The notes beneath the pieces are model-generated. The model made no database searches. It was not told the origin of the DNA and saw only the letters and a program-made list of their open reading frames with translations. The position numbers and the translations under genes are program-made. A stretch of DNA of 63,270 bases, filler included, from Choristocarpus tenellus KU-1152 (Eukaryota; Protista; Phaeophyceae): assembly GCA_964200185.2 (NCBI GenBank). It is 9 parts of 9 records of this genome, joined end to end, with 100 filler letters (N's around TTAATTAATTAA, not from the genome) between each part and the next. Parts side by side here need not be neighbours in the genome. Positions count along the whole stretch, not along the records: positions 13,631 to 18,180 come from CAXNAD020014038.1; positions 18,281 to 29,658 come from CAXNAD020002358.1; 7 more parts are not named here. One strand, written 5' to 3'. Position 1 is the stretch's first letter, and every line of letters starts with the position of its first letter. Positions 13,714 to 25,600 of the stretch are shown here, piece after piece.

Positions 13714-14137
13714 CTTTGGAGGGTGTGACTGTAAAAGAGAAATTTAACGGTGAAGGCTCTTTTAGCCGAAAGTGTCCTCCACCACGGTGCTCAAAACCTG
13801 TGTTGCACAAAGTAGTCATAGAGGCCCTTCAAGCTCAATGACACCCCCCCTCTTGGATGGTATGGCATCGCTCATCAGTACATACCTTCACCGAAGTGTA
13901 CCGTAGTCACAGGAGCGCAGCTTATTCCACCCAAGGACTGTACTTTGTTCCAGTACCTCGTACTTAATACCAATTCCGTATACGCCACACAATTAGTGCA
14001 CTGTGCTATGTATGCATACGCGTCTTCCGTTTCAAGCGAGTTGAGACTAAGGGTTAGGGTTAGGGTTAGAAAAGAAAAAAAATCCTTCCGATACTTGTCA
14101 AGACTACTACAGTAGCCCCTCCCCCCCCCCCCCCCCC

Positions 14138-14171
<34 letters not shown>

Positions 14172-15016
14172 NNNNNNNNNNAGGGTAAGAGTAAAAAAAA
14201 AAAAAAAAACCCCCCAAAACTGAAAAAAACAAAAAAAATAACCCCCCCACACACCACACAAAAAAAAAAAAAAAAAAAAAAGGATGATAGATACATCACA
14301 TCCCCTTCGTTCATACTGAAATCGCAACAGTTGCCCAATTTCAGACAACGTATTGATGGCGGGTTGATTCCTCTACATGGCATGGCGGGGGGTACTCTAC
14401 CTCTCTAGTCGTGAGTGTTGTGAACCAAAAAGGAAATTTTCGATAAGCGTTAAGTGGTTTAGATTTTTTGTTTTGTTTTGTTTTGTTTGATTATTCTGAC
14501 TGAAATGCCAGCGCACGAAGCGATGCGTGTGAAACGCACGCTGATCGCCGAGTAGTGCGTCTTGCAGCGTAGTAAAAACTCCCTGGTTTGAATGAACCCT
14601 CTTCCACCAGAGGGGGGTGAAATGTTGTCGCTCTTTGCGCTTTTTTTGTCATCTCTGGAGGTGTGAACTTAGGGTTAGGGGTATATATATATATATATAT
14701 GTATATTATTTGAGACGGCATTGATTTTGTTCTCTAGACGAACTGATATTGCTCTCTCTTGGCTCGCTTTTGTTTTTAATTAAAAATATTTGGTGGCTTT
14801 TGCTGCGTGACCTTCTGGTCTGGTAGCGTAGCGTTGTGATTTTTTTGTTTTTTATAAAGAAAAAGAAAAAGAAGAAATAAAATAAACCTTTTTTTTTCCC
14901 CCACTTCGTTTGTTTCGGTTACTCAAAAAAAAAAATGGAAGTGAAGTCGGATGAGGACAGTCGCGATTCGCGACAGTTCTATTCACATCTAACGGACAGC
15001 TTATGTCCAACGCGTT

Positions 15017-15040
15017 GGGTTAGGGTTAGGGTTAGGGTTT
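15017..15040 (+). repeat. Interstitial telomeric repeat (TTAGGG)n. Other short runs at about 14047-14069, 15532-15566, 35384-35400, 35684-35706, 35903-35927, 36899-36929, 37021-37051, 38001-38024, 52197-52260, 55153-55180
   Basis: Runs of 2-5 TTAGGG/CCCTAA units seen directly. Confidence 0.9.
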
Positions 15041-15057
15041 ATGTCCGACGTACATGA

Positions 15058-15339
15058 GAGTGAAAGCATCTTGAGAGGGTACGAGTTTTGCCCTGTTTAT
15101 CCATTTGGGACTTGACTTCCCACAGTTTTTTTTTTTTTTTAATGACATTTTTACCTGCTCCGAAATTTCGGAGCAGGTAAGAATTGCATACGTCATGAAA
15201 AGGTATGTGTCCGGGAAACAAGTATATTGACACTTCCTAACAAAAATACGATAGCCGAAATCACATCGAAATCGCAACGTTGGGATTTTGAGCCCCAAAA
15301 CGGACGCGGCTCTACCCTAACCCTAAGACACTTCGGCTC
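15058..15339 (-). mobile_element. About 280-bp MITE, long subfamily; homologous to 31362-31618 and the partial copy at about 127-193
   Basis: Ends GAGTGAAAGCATCTT and AAGACACTTCGGCTC. The internal sequence is the reverse complement of the 31.4-31.6 kb copy. Confidence 0.8.
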
Positions 15340-18300
15340 TTAGTCCCGAACAACATGTCGTTCGGGACTGTTCTGTACACCTCATGTTCTCAGTCCTTAC
15401 TCCTACGACGAACACCTTGAGTAAACTGTGTACCTAGTAGGAGCGTAACGGTCCCAATATCACTCCGTTGTAGTACTCGAGCGCAAGCATCTCGACGAAG
15501 CACTGTGTGCCCGAGCCACCGTATCCTTATGTTTAGGGGGTTAGGGGTTAGGGATAGGGTTAGGGTAAACCTAAGTGAGTTTTTTTTCCATTTTATAGCG
15601 TATAGTGCCATATTCAGGGAGGAAAAAAAAAAAATCTCAGTCGGATGATTCTGAGTGTCGAATCAGCGGTTCCTGCCAACCTGATCTTGGGGGAATTGGA
15701 GGATCGGTACGATGTTACAAGGTATACCACCAATGAACAGATGTACCGATGACGGTATATCGATACTTGATAACCGGTATATCGGTTTCTTTCACAGTAG
15801 TTAAATTTCATGTCCCTAATAAAGTTCAGCTTAGTCTAGATCGTAACTTGATCGTGGTTTTTGTAACTGACCATCATCTCTATGCTTTGTATTCTATATA
15901 ACAATTTAGTTCTTCATACCGCTCTTGGCCTAAGCCTTAGGATACCAAGTGTAATATCGCTTGCCGTCCCCAAAACCTCTAGCAAATCAATGCCACTTAG
16001 AAAGGCATGTTTCTCGCTGGTTGGCCCTGCAATGAAAACACAATGTTTATGAGGTACCTTGAAGTGGATGAAACGGCTCGTGTAGTTACTTGACATTCCT
16101 GAACTTCTGGTATGGTAGGTCCTGCAGTGATAATGCAATTGACTGTCTGTAGTGTAAACTACTTGTGTGCTGGTTGTAGAAGGGTTAGGGTATACCTCTT
16201 GAATGATCTACTATCCCTGCTTGTGTGTGTCCAATCCAATGTGTGTGTGTGTGTCTGTGTTGTAGTGGATTTTGAGAGGATCGAACTGTTTTGTTTTGTT
16301 TTTTGTGAGATTTAGAATTAGAGGTAGGACTGAGGTTGGGGTGAAGTAGTCAACTCGAACTTTTAAAGTACTTAGCAAATAATAATAATAATGTAACACA
16401 TACATATCCTATTTGCACTGTAGATAGATTCACAGTACGTTTGTGTGGGTGCATGTATCCCAAGGAGGAAAGCGCCACATCAGTATTGGTGAAAGGTCCA
16501 CCAAAGTAGCTTTATTCCTGCCCCGAGTTTAGGTCAATGGCCTCTATAATCATACTACATTTTGCACCTCCTCTGCTCAGCATCAGGTCTAACGTTTTGT
16601 GGGATGCCAGGCTTACAAAGGCACAGAGATGGTATTACTGTACAATCGCCATTACCTTTTGTGGAGGTCTTCTGAGAACCCATTTACGAGGTACACCCTG
16701 AAATCTCAGGGTGTCCGATGTAGTGTACCTTTTTCTGCACCACCCTCTGAAAGAAACGCCTTCCTGATGTGGTATTAAAAAAAACTCCTCATAAAGTGTG
16801 ATGGAACTCTTGTGCTGAGCAGAGGAGGTGCGCTTGAATGTGTTGATAGATAAGAGGTATATATATACCTTTTTTTTGTTCAACCTCTGGTGATGCTTGG
16901 CGCCGTGAGGCAACTCCCCCCGCTTCTGAGAATTCATTACAGTTACATATTACAGTTACATACTACGAACATAAAATATATAATTGTCTTTGTTGTTGAT
17001 GTTGTTGTCATACCTCTCTGGCCCTTCTTTTAATGGACCCCTAACCCTAACAACTTTCACCCCTCTAACCGCTTTTGTAACTGTAATAATGCCAGTAACA
17101 GTGCATTAATAATAATAATAATAATATGTAATGGACTTTTGCTGTATGTCAGCCAATTGAGTTCTACGGAGAGACCAAGATCCGAAGGCGACAGCAGGTG
17201 GACACCCTCAACCACTGCATGCTAAGGGTGAGAGAGCCTGCTACGTTGCCCCTACTCTTACACCTGAAGTTCAGATTGATGCCAAGAAAGATGGGGGGGG
17301 GGGAGTTGGAGACCCCCCTTGTTGTACCTCCTAAGTGGATTTTTTTTTAACTTAATAGTTGGTAGTTCTCCCTGATTGGTGAAGGGTGAGTTGTGAAGAG
17401 TGCAGATTGGTCGGCATCTGTTGCGAAACTGTAGAACATTGATTTGTCATTCTCTAGGCGGGAAACGATTTTCTCTACAAACATTGAGAAATTCACTCTG
17501 CTGACACGTGATTGGTCGGAAGTGTTACCTTTGGGCTTTTTCCTGTACGTTTTTGTTTTGTTTTGGGTCCCCCCCTCCTACCTTTCGAGACACAGTCCGC
17601 TGCTTTTATTTTGTATTATTTATTGTTTATTATTTGTGATTATTTTTTTTTGTCAAGATTGCTGCAGGTATGATTCTTATTTTGTTGTTACTGATTGCTA
17701 TTACTATTCCAGTTATTATTATTATTATTATTTAGGCAGTTTTTCTTTCATTTGAGAAGGCATTCTGTTCCCTCTGGTGTGGTGATACATATATATATAT
17801 ATATGATGTCATGGACAGGGTAGAAGGTCATCAATGTGCTGAGGCAAGGACAAGTGTATAGGTGCCCTGTTCTTTTAGAGCTCTTTCCTTTTTCACACAT
17901 AAGTTTCTTGTAGGATTGTATTTTTGCCCACCTCTGCAGTTGGAGATCCAAGGTAGAATATACGCTCGTTCAGTCTTCTTTTTTTTACTGGAGGACTGCT
18001 GAAAAGCCGACCTGGATACTTAAGTAGGCGTTTTGCATTGCCGCCCATTTGAATCTTCTTATGTTTTGTGACTTTTTTCTATGTGTTACAAAAAAAAAAT
18101 CTAAAAGGAAAGTACTGAGCATGAATCGAATTGAATTGACTCATGGACTTTTGGATGCAAATGATGAGAATCATGGGGGGNNNNNNNNNNNNNNNNNNNN
18201 NNNNNNNNNNNNNNNNNNNNNNNNTTAATTAATTAANNNNNNNNNNNNNNNNNNNNNNNNNNNNNNNNNNNNNNNNNNNNGGGTGAAAAACGGACGCCGA

Positions 18301-19638
18301 CACCCCCACCCCCCCAGGTACTTTGACCCATTACAAGTACATGGAGTGGCAACATTTTTCACCAACAACTATCGCATGTCTTTCATTTGCCAAGGAGGCT
18401 TTGTAAGATAGGATCAAATTCAGTTGAAAACCATCCTGTCTTCTTGCTGGGGATACACATGACCATACTCTATGACTTAGGATCGTTACAACACACAGAA
18501 CATGTGCAGACCTGAACCTTCGAAGTGAGACGCACCAAGATGGAGCAGTAGGAGACATGGAACGAAAAGCAACATTATGTTTCTGAAGGTAGCTCATTCA
18601 CTCTCTCACTTACAATGCAGAGAATCTTGCTATTAGTCATACCAACCGATAGGTAGGAAGGGTTGCACTTTTTAAGACTCTCGAGGAAAGGCAAAAAAAA
18701 GATACAATTCTGTACAATTACCGAAGGAGCCTTTTTGCTTAATTGTGGTGTCACTTTGTGTGGAAAGGGGGAATATCAATTTGGCGTATACTCTTGTGCA
18801 ATGACACACATCACAACCCCCCCGCACCTAGTTCAACCATAATTTCAATCCGCCTAATCATGTAATCCACATCCTAAAATAATTATGTTCAATACAGAAG
18901 TCCAACTCGGAGGTGTGTTCTAAACAATCTGCATTTGCAAGTAGTTGTATGAACCTCATTGCCCATCATGAAAATATATCCTACCTCACCCCCTCACTCC
19001 ATACAGGTTGCTTCCATGACAAGGGAGGGCTAACCAACCTATTTGCTATGGTCAGACTCTCGTAAATTTCCAGAGGATCGAAGTGACCCTAGTAGGAGTA
19101 TTGTGTTCGCTTTCATGTTACCCTCGTAGAAATTCAATCACTCGCATTTGAGCGCTGCCCACCCATAGTTTCTAATTAAATCAAACAGCCCACATCTCAC
19201 ATTGAGCCAATAGTATGCTTTCAGCCTGCAACCTACTCTACCCTTACAACCCTAAATCCAAACGTTTTCAATCTTGGTAATACTAGATACTTGAGAGGGT
19301 GCCATCCCATGCAGCATGCATACAAGGCCCACCATACCTGAAGACCATATTCGAACCAACATGGTCTCTATCGGCATCATTTAACAAGGTGTTACATCAG
19401 TCATGATAACCACGACACATTGATGAGTACCAGCACTTCCGGTGCGGGCTTGGACTGCAACCAAATTTCTAGCCTGACCATAGGAATACCTACGTCTTAG
19501 TGGTCCCCCCAGGAATCCAACAAGTGGTACCCTATGGGGACGCCCGCATTGCCCCAAGTCAACACAGCAGACGATCTAAATGGGTGGACTGAAAAGGATG
19601 TATCAAACTGGAATGAATATGGTTCCCCCACATGGCGT

Positions 19639-22600
19639 TCAAAACGCCACTAAAGGTCTAGTGACTACAGTAGTCTGTCCATTACACTTATCTATGCTTG
19701 TTCCTTCCTCTGAAACAGAAAAATTAAGTTCCGCGATGAAGAGAGGTGTCACAAACAAGAAGGTTCTTGGGATACCCTGGTCGCACGGAGTGTGGACTGC
19801 CATACTCTATGACTGTACTACTGTACTATGCTACGTTTGTAGAGGAATCCCCTCCCCCAATAGCTCCAATGATATGGATGAGATGTGCTTATTATCGTGT
19901 GAGAATTGTTAGGGTGTTCTTTCTAGGTCCACCATCACCACTTTCACTTTCACTTCTTCTCTCATGTGGTTCAGGGTTAGGGGTGCAATACTCAGAGGTA
20001 TTAATATACAGGTTGAAGACTATATACAAATTAAGACAATCACAAAAATTCTTACTGTATTCTTACCTATGTAGAAGCCGTCGAGGAGGCTTGCCACGCG
20101 GAAATTTCCCCTGCCGTGGGCTTGTTCAAATGCCAATGTGGCATCACGTCCCCCCTTGTCTAGAAGGAGTTTGTATCCACCCGGATGCACAGTCAGGTAC
20201 TTAGTGATGTCGTAGACACCACCCCTAAACACTATCCAACAGGACTCAGACGTGTGATGAGAGGCAACCTATGGAAGCATATTGTTGTGGTGTCAAAAAG
20301 AAAAGTAGCATGAGGAGAGGTAGTTGTGGCCTTAATACTCTTTGTTATGTGTCAACATTGTTCCTTTGGAAACCTATATTATGGAAGTCGGTCAACCATT
20401 GACCTCAATCACATGATCTGGTAGGCGGGCAACCTCCTTTTCTAAAGACAAGACGAAAAGTAGAGGAGTTTAGGAGGTGTTTGACAAAAAGGCATGGAAT
20501 AAAAATAACCGCACTACTCTTGAAAATATACTACAAGCTCAACTTGAGGCAGGACAAATTGGACTCGGAGTGGTCAAATAGAAGGGAAGGTTCCTTTCAT
20601 TTCTGTCCCTGCACTCTTAAGCATGTACAGGCTTTGGAAATGGGAATGAAGGGGATGGATGGTGAGAGTTAAAATGGCATGAAGAAAACATGTGAGATAG
20701 AAATAGATGTTACAACAAAACATACACTATAGGTCACTAGCATTGCCAAAGAAAGAACATCAACCCTATGATAAACATCTGATGCACGGATATTCAGGAC
20801 TAGCTCGATATCTTGCATACTTCATGACAATATACAAAGAGCTTCTGATTATACCTCGGACCAACTGTACTCCATATCTGTCACAGGTGGATGGCCCGAG
20901 TTGAACAGATCTATGCACAGGCGATCCTGGGCGATGAGCCTGGCTGCATAACAGTCCCCAAGTTTCCTAAGGTTCTGTTGGAGGAAATACCAACTGATAT
21001 TGTATAGTGGTTGGGCACACAGCTGGTATGCCTCGCTGGTGATCTTGCGGGTCACTTCAGCCAAGATTGGCACACCACAAACATACCTACACGCAAAAAG
21101 AGGTTGGGTAGTGCAAGTGAGTTGGACCTCAAGCCAAAATCAGTCATGAACTTAGGAAAAAGAATTTCCAGCTAGTCCAAGTTAGGCGTGCCTTCGTGTT
21201 CCCAACTATGAGCAACCCAATCACTGAGGCACACATAAGTTGAGTGGGAGTTCTTACCCTCGGTGGGAGGATGTATCAGGCGAAAACGTTCCTGATATCT
21301 GCATCTCTGGCGCAAGAATGAGGTATGACAAGGCACTGGCAAAAAGGAATGTCTGGAAAAGGGGGTTTGATAGCAAAGGCACAAAATGCAGCTGCAAAGG
21401 AAGGAACAAATCAAAAACTCACAACACAACATTATATACATCTTCAAGGGTAATGTAAATATATGCCTTGCAGGTATCTACCCAATGAAGCAAGTCCTAG
21501 CAGTTCTGCTGAAATGGCAACGTGGGAGTTGAGATGTCGACTATGTACAAGGAAATGAATTAAAAAACAATTAGTGTGGTCACACAGTGGAACAGTTACA
21601 TGTTTTAGGTGGGTATTGAGATTTACTCAAATATTGGTACACATATGGTCTCTCTTTGTAATATCTATCCACTAGAAGCTCAACAAACACACCTGTGAAG
21701 CTGTATTACAATATAGCTTGAGGGTGTGCCAGACCCTCAAGACATTTTTGGCATGAGTCAAGCATGTACCCTCACACATTCTTAAAATGAGCAAAACCAT
21801 GATCATACAGGGAGAAGGATACTACATAGAAGAATTAATAACTGGAGCAAGAGATCCTTGAAGCAACTGCAGCCCTTTCACTACTTGCTCATTCTGTTGT
21901 GAACTCACATGTGCCCCCCCATTTCGAGCAAGTTCCACAGTCCGTGAAGGTTCTCCTGGCCTACCTTTGTGTTGCGATCAAATAGGTTGTTGATACGCTT
22001 GCGCTGCCCATCCACAAACCTTATTTTCCGCTCCCCAAGCCCAAATTCCTCCTCCCGACCACAATCCCCAGGCGTCCCCTCCAGGACCTTCATCTCTGTC
22101 TCAGACCCAGCACCCTCATCTACAACTAAGTCTACATCCTCTCTGGAGAAGGCTACCTTCAATGTCACAAGCCCACTCTTAACATGCGGCATCCATGCGT
22201 CTTGAAAATAGAGATTTTCCCGACTCTGGATTCCCCACACCAGCCACACCTGGAAAGTAAGCAACACACATGAGCAGTGGAGCAACACCCGAAAGTTGAC
22301 AAAAGGAGGTACAGTGGTATGAAAGCATGGGTTGTTTGGCCAGACGATCAGTACTTTCAGTCAACAGGAAGTGGGTGATAACACTTTGTGTATGCTCCTT
22401 ACAAGAACTACCCAAGCGATGTAGAAAGTAACACATCTTTGCCTTTGTGGGATTGCGAAGGTAGCACACCAACCCTAACCCTCTCATCACAAGAATTGTT
22501 GAAAAATGAAAGATAAGAATCCAAGATAATGACAATACATAGCTTGGCGTCATTGCTTCGCCTCACCTCTCTCCGTATGTTCAACCTCTCTGACTGTGCT

Positions 22601-25600
22601 GCAATCTCCTGCAGGAATCCCATGAATGGTGCTACCCCAGTCCCTAAGGACACCATCACAACTGGGACAGTTGGGTCTTCTGGCAGGCGGAAAGTTGGGG
22701 CTGGGGAGATAGCTGTTGGTAATCGCAGACCAGGAGCAGCACGGTCCAGCAAAAGATTTGATGCCGTCCCTGTCAGGTCCCCAATCCCCTTTGGTGCTCC
22801 CAAACATTTCCACGCCCGATGGGGAGGTCCTATCACTCCCTTCATAGCCTGGATCACTCTAGTCAGCTCTACCAGCCATCTTCTGGCCCTTGCAAACCTG
22901 CCCCCTCTTGAAGGCTTACGCATAAGAGCACAATACTTCTCAAGCACGGCCTTCTCAGAGTCATTCCAAGTCTCCTCGGGAGACAGCTCGTTGTCATTGA
23001 CTCTAAAACTGAAGTTGAGGTATATGGATGGGTCCACGTTCTGCATTGTACCCACGGACACAGCACGCTTGGCGGGTAGCACAGTAGAGTAATCCGTGGT
23101 TAGGTTGTCGGTCAACACCAACTGCGAACAGCATCTCTGTGGTTTTGGAAGTTTAAATTTTCGCATGCGAGATAGGGGTTTTTTAAATCCTTCATCTTTT
23201 TCGGCATGGAGAATGTTTTCTGCAGTCCCTTCAAGAAGATCACTGTCCAGATGAGATGCCGTTCGTGATACCAAGGAGACTCTACTACTTTTCACTTCCT
23301 CTACGTCCTGACTGCTGCTGCTGCTGATTGCATCAGGCTTGCTAATCCTTTCAGTATAGCTTGAGGAATCAAAGATCCATGCTGGTCCAGTGATCCCATA
23401 TCTCACCCGCCCCACCTGCTCAGACCAGGATCACCACCAAAACGTTGTCAAAAGAAAGGTCAAGCATTGGTTGAGGTGACTGTACTGCAGGGGGGCAGGT
23501 AGCATTCTTATATGAGTAGCACATCTAGTACACAAAACACACGAAGGCTGCTTAAGTCTAGCGTGCTTTGGGTCGTCAAAAACAGTTGCATGGGGACATC
23601 TGAAGGAGACTACTCTGCCTGCATTTGACGTAAGGCCTTATCAACAAAGGAATTTGCGTGATACCTCTGATTCATGGAAGCTGGTAATGGGAAGGCATCA
23701 TTGCACCTACCACAATGGAAAGCTCCTCAGGGGCAGTTGGTGGATTAGGTGCAGAGGCAATGGAGTACTCTCTTCGGCGCAATGGGGGCAGGGTGGATGC
23801 AAGCTGCTGCAGTAGTGCATGGCCTGGTGACACATGTGAGGTTGCAAGGACTAATGACACAAACGTGGCAAAATCCGTCTGGCGGAGCAGGGGAAGGGCA
23901 AACTTGCGTGTGACAAAAACAATACTCTGTAGTTGGACTGTTGCAGAGACCTTACAAACAATAAACTCCATGCACACCAGCAAGATGCACCTTCCAAGCT
24001 CCTGTGACAAGCACAATACACAATCCAATTCCAAGTTGACTACCAACTTGTTCCAACTAACTGCCAAAATAGAAACAAAACCAGGAACATGGATGTGATC
24101 TCCAATAAAAGCACCGCTGCTGGTATTATTGTGGTGATATTGCAGATTTGATTTCCTCAATTAGTTAAGCACAACTCATAGCACTTTGCACTATCAGGCA
24201 AGATCACATTGAAGTACCTGCTGAAGGCGGTGATAGTTCCGAGTGACAAATGTGCTTGTGCAGTACATGGCCTTCATTGTGGCCTCTGCAACATCTCGTG
24301 TCATGGGGTGTAGGGTTGCATGCTTCAGGAACTCATACAGTGGCAGGAATTCATTGCCACCACCGTTTTTGACAGAGACAACCTGCCTCTCCCTACACGC
24401 CTGTTCCCACTCATTAGTAAGGGGTATCAGGAGCGCTCCATCCTGGTCCATGCAGTAGAGTACAAATGAGTTTAGGTGGAGAGGAAGACAAGCATGGGGG
24501 CCATGGCTCAGGGAGGTTGATCCAGGATATAATAGCAGGATGGTAGGAGCCTTCAATGAGCACCAAAGAGTGCCTGAAATCCCAAATATGGGTACAACTA
24601 GTAGCACATACGATTTATGCTTGAAACTTAATGACTAGAAACTTCACAGCAAGTCTGAGGGAATTTGGGGGGAAGGAGTGGAGGTTAAGAGTCTACGGGA
24701 GAGAGATTAGTTGAAACAACTGCGACAAAAATATGACCTTCCACGCATTTTATCCCCCTCACCTCGCCAAGGGCATCCAGTGTCTCATCCACTAAGTCGT
24801 CACTGTTTGACGGCAACACAGATAGACGATCTCCAGGATGAAACAGGAGTCCAGTCCCCTTCATGTTGAATGTCAACATCTTGGCATCTGTTCCAGGCAA
24901 TGCTGCCACCCGTTTCACCTAAGGTGTGGGGTACAGATAAGACACCATACGGTATATACAGACTTCTTACACTTCGAAATACTCTGGAATGTATAATATT
25001 GATTTATTGATAGAAGGGATAATGTTTTACTTCACACCTCTGTTGCTTGCTCATCAGGTTCCTGGTTCTTGTACTCAAAAGCTGTTTTGACACCCTGCAA
25101 GAAAGTCTGGAAACTTTGTACCTTTTCAACACTTACCAATAGGAAACGAAACCAGTACAAATTTTCCTTTAGACACATTCTTTCACAATGCAGCCCGCCA
25201 ACCAGCTTGGAGTAAGGTCAGAACTTAGGCACTTGCTTCAAAGAACTGGGTCTTGAGTAAGTGTAACTTACCCATCACCCACCTTCCTTCAGGCCTTGAG
25301 GTAGTATTATATGGATGAAAGCAAAGAAATGAGGACTACTCCTCCTCCTATCTATCACACACCTGCACACTTGTGAATGTGCGGGACCCAACCACCATCC
25401 GCTGACGCTCAGCCATCGCATCAAGCATGAACCGGTTAACCATGAGCCACGGCCGGGACTGCCATCCAACATCGAGCTTTGTACCAGCAGCTGTCTTTGA
25501 CCGTCCAGTTTTGGTTGCAACTTCGATAAATCCAATTATCTTCAGACGATGAACCTTGGGTTCGTTGGGAGAAGAACATAAAGTGACCGGAAGGGAGAGT

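Noticed and set aside
13631-18180. ORFs in the low-complexity contig
   Set aside because: They derive from poly-C, poly-A and simple repeats, with no recognisable motifs or coherent exon chain. Some homopolymers may be sequencing artefacts.
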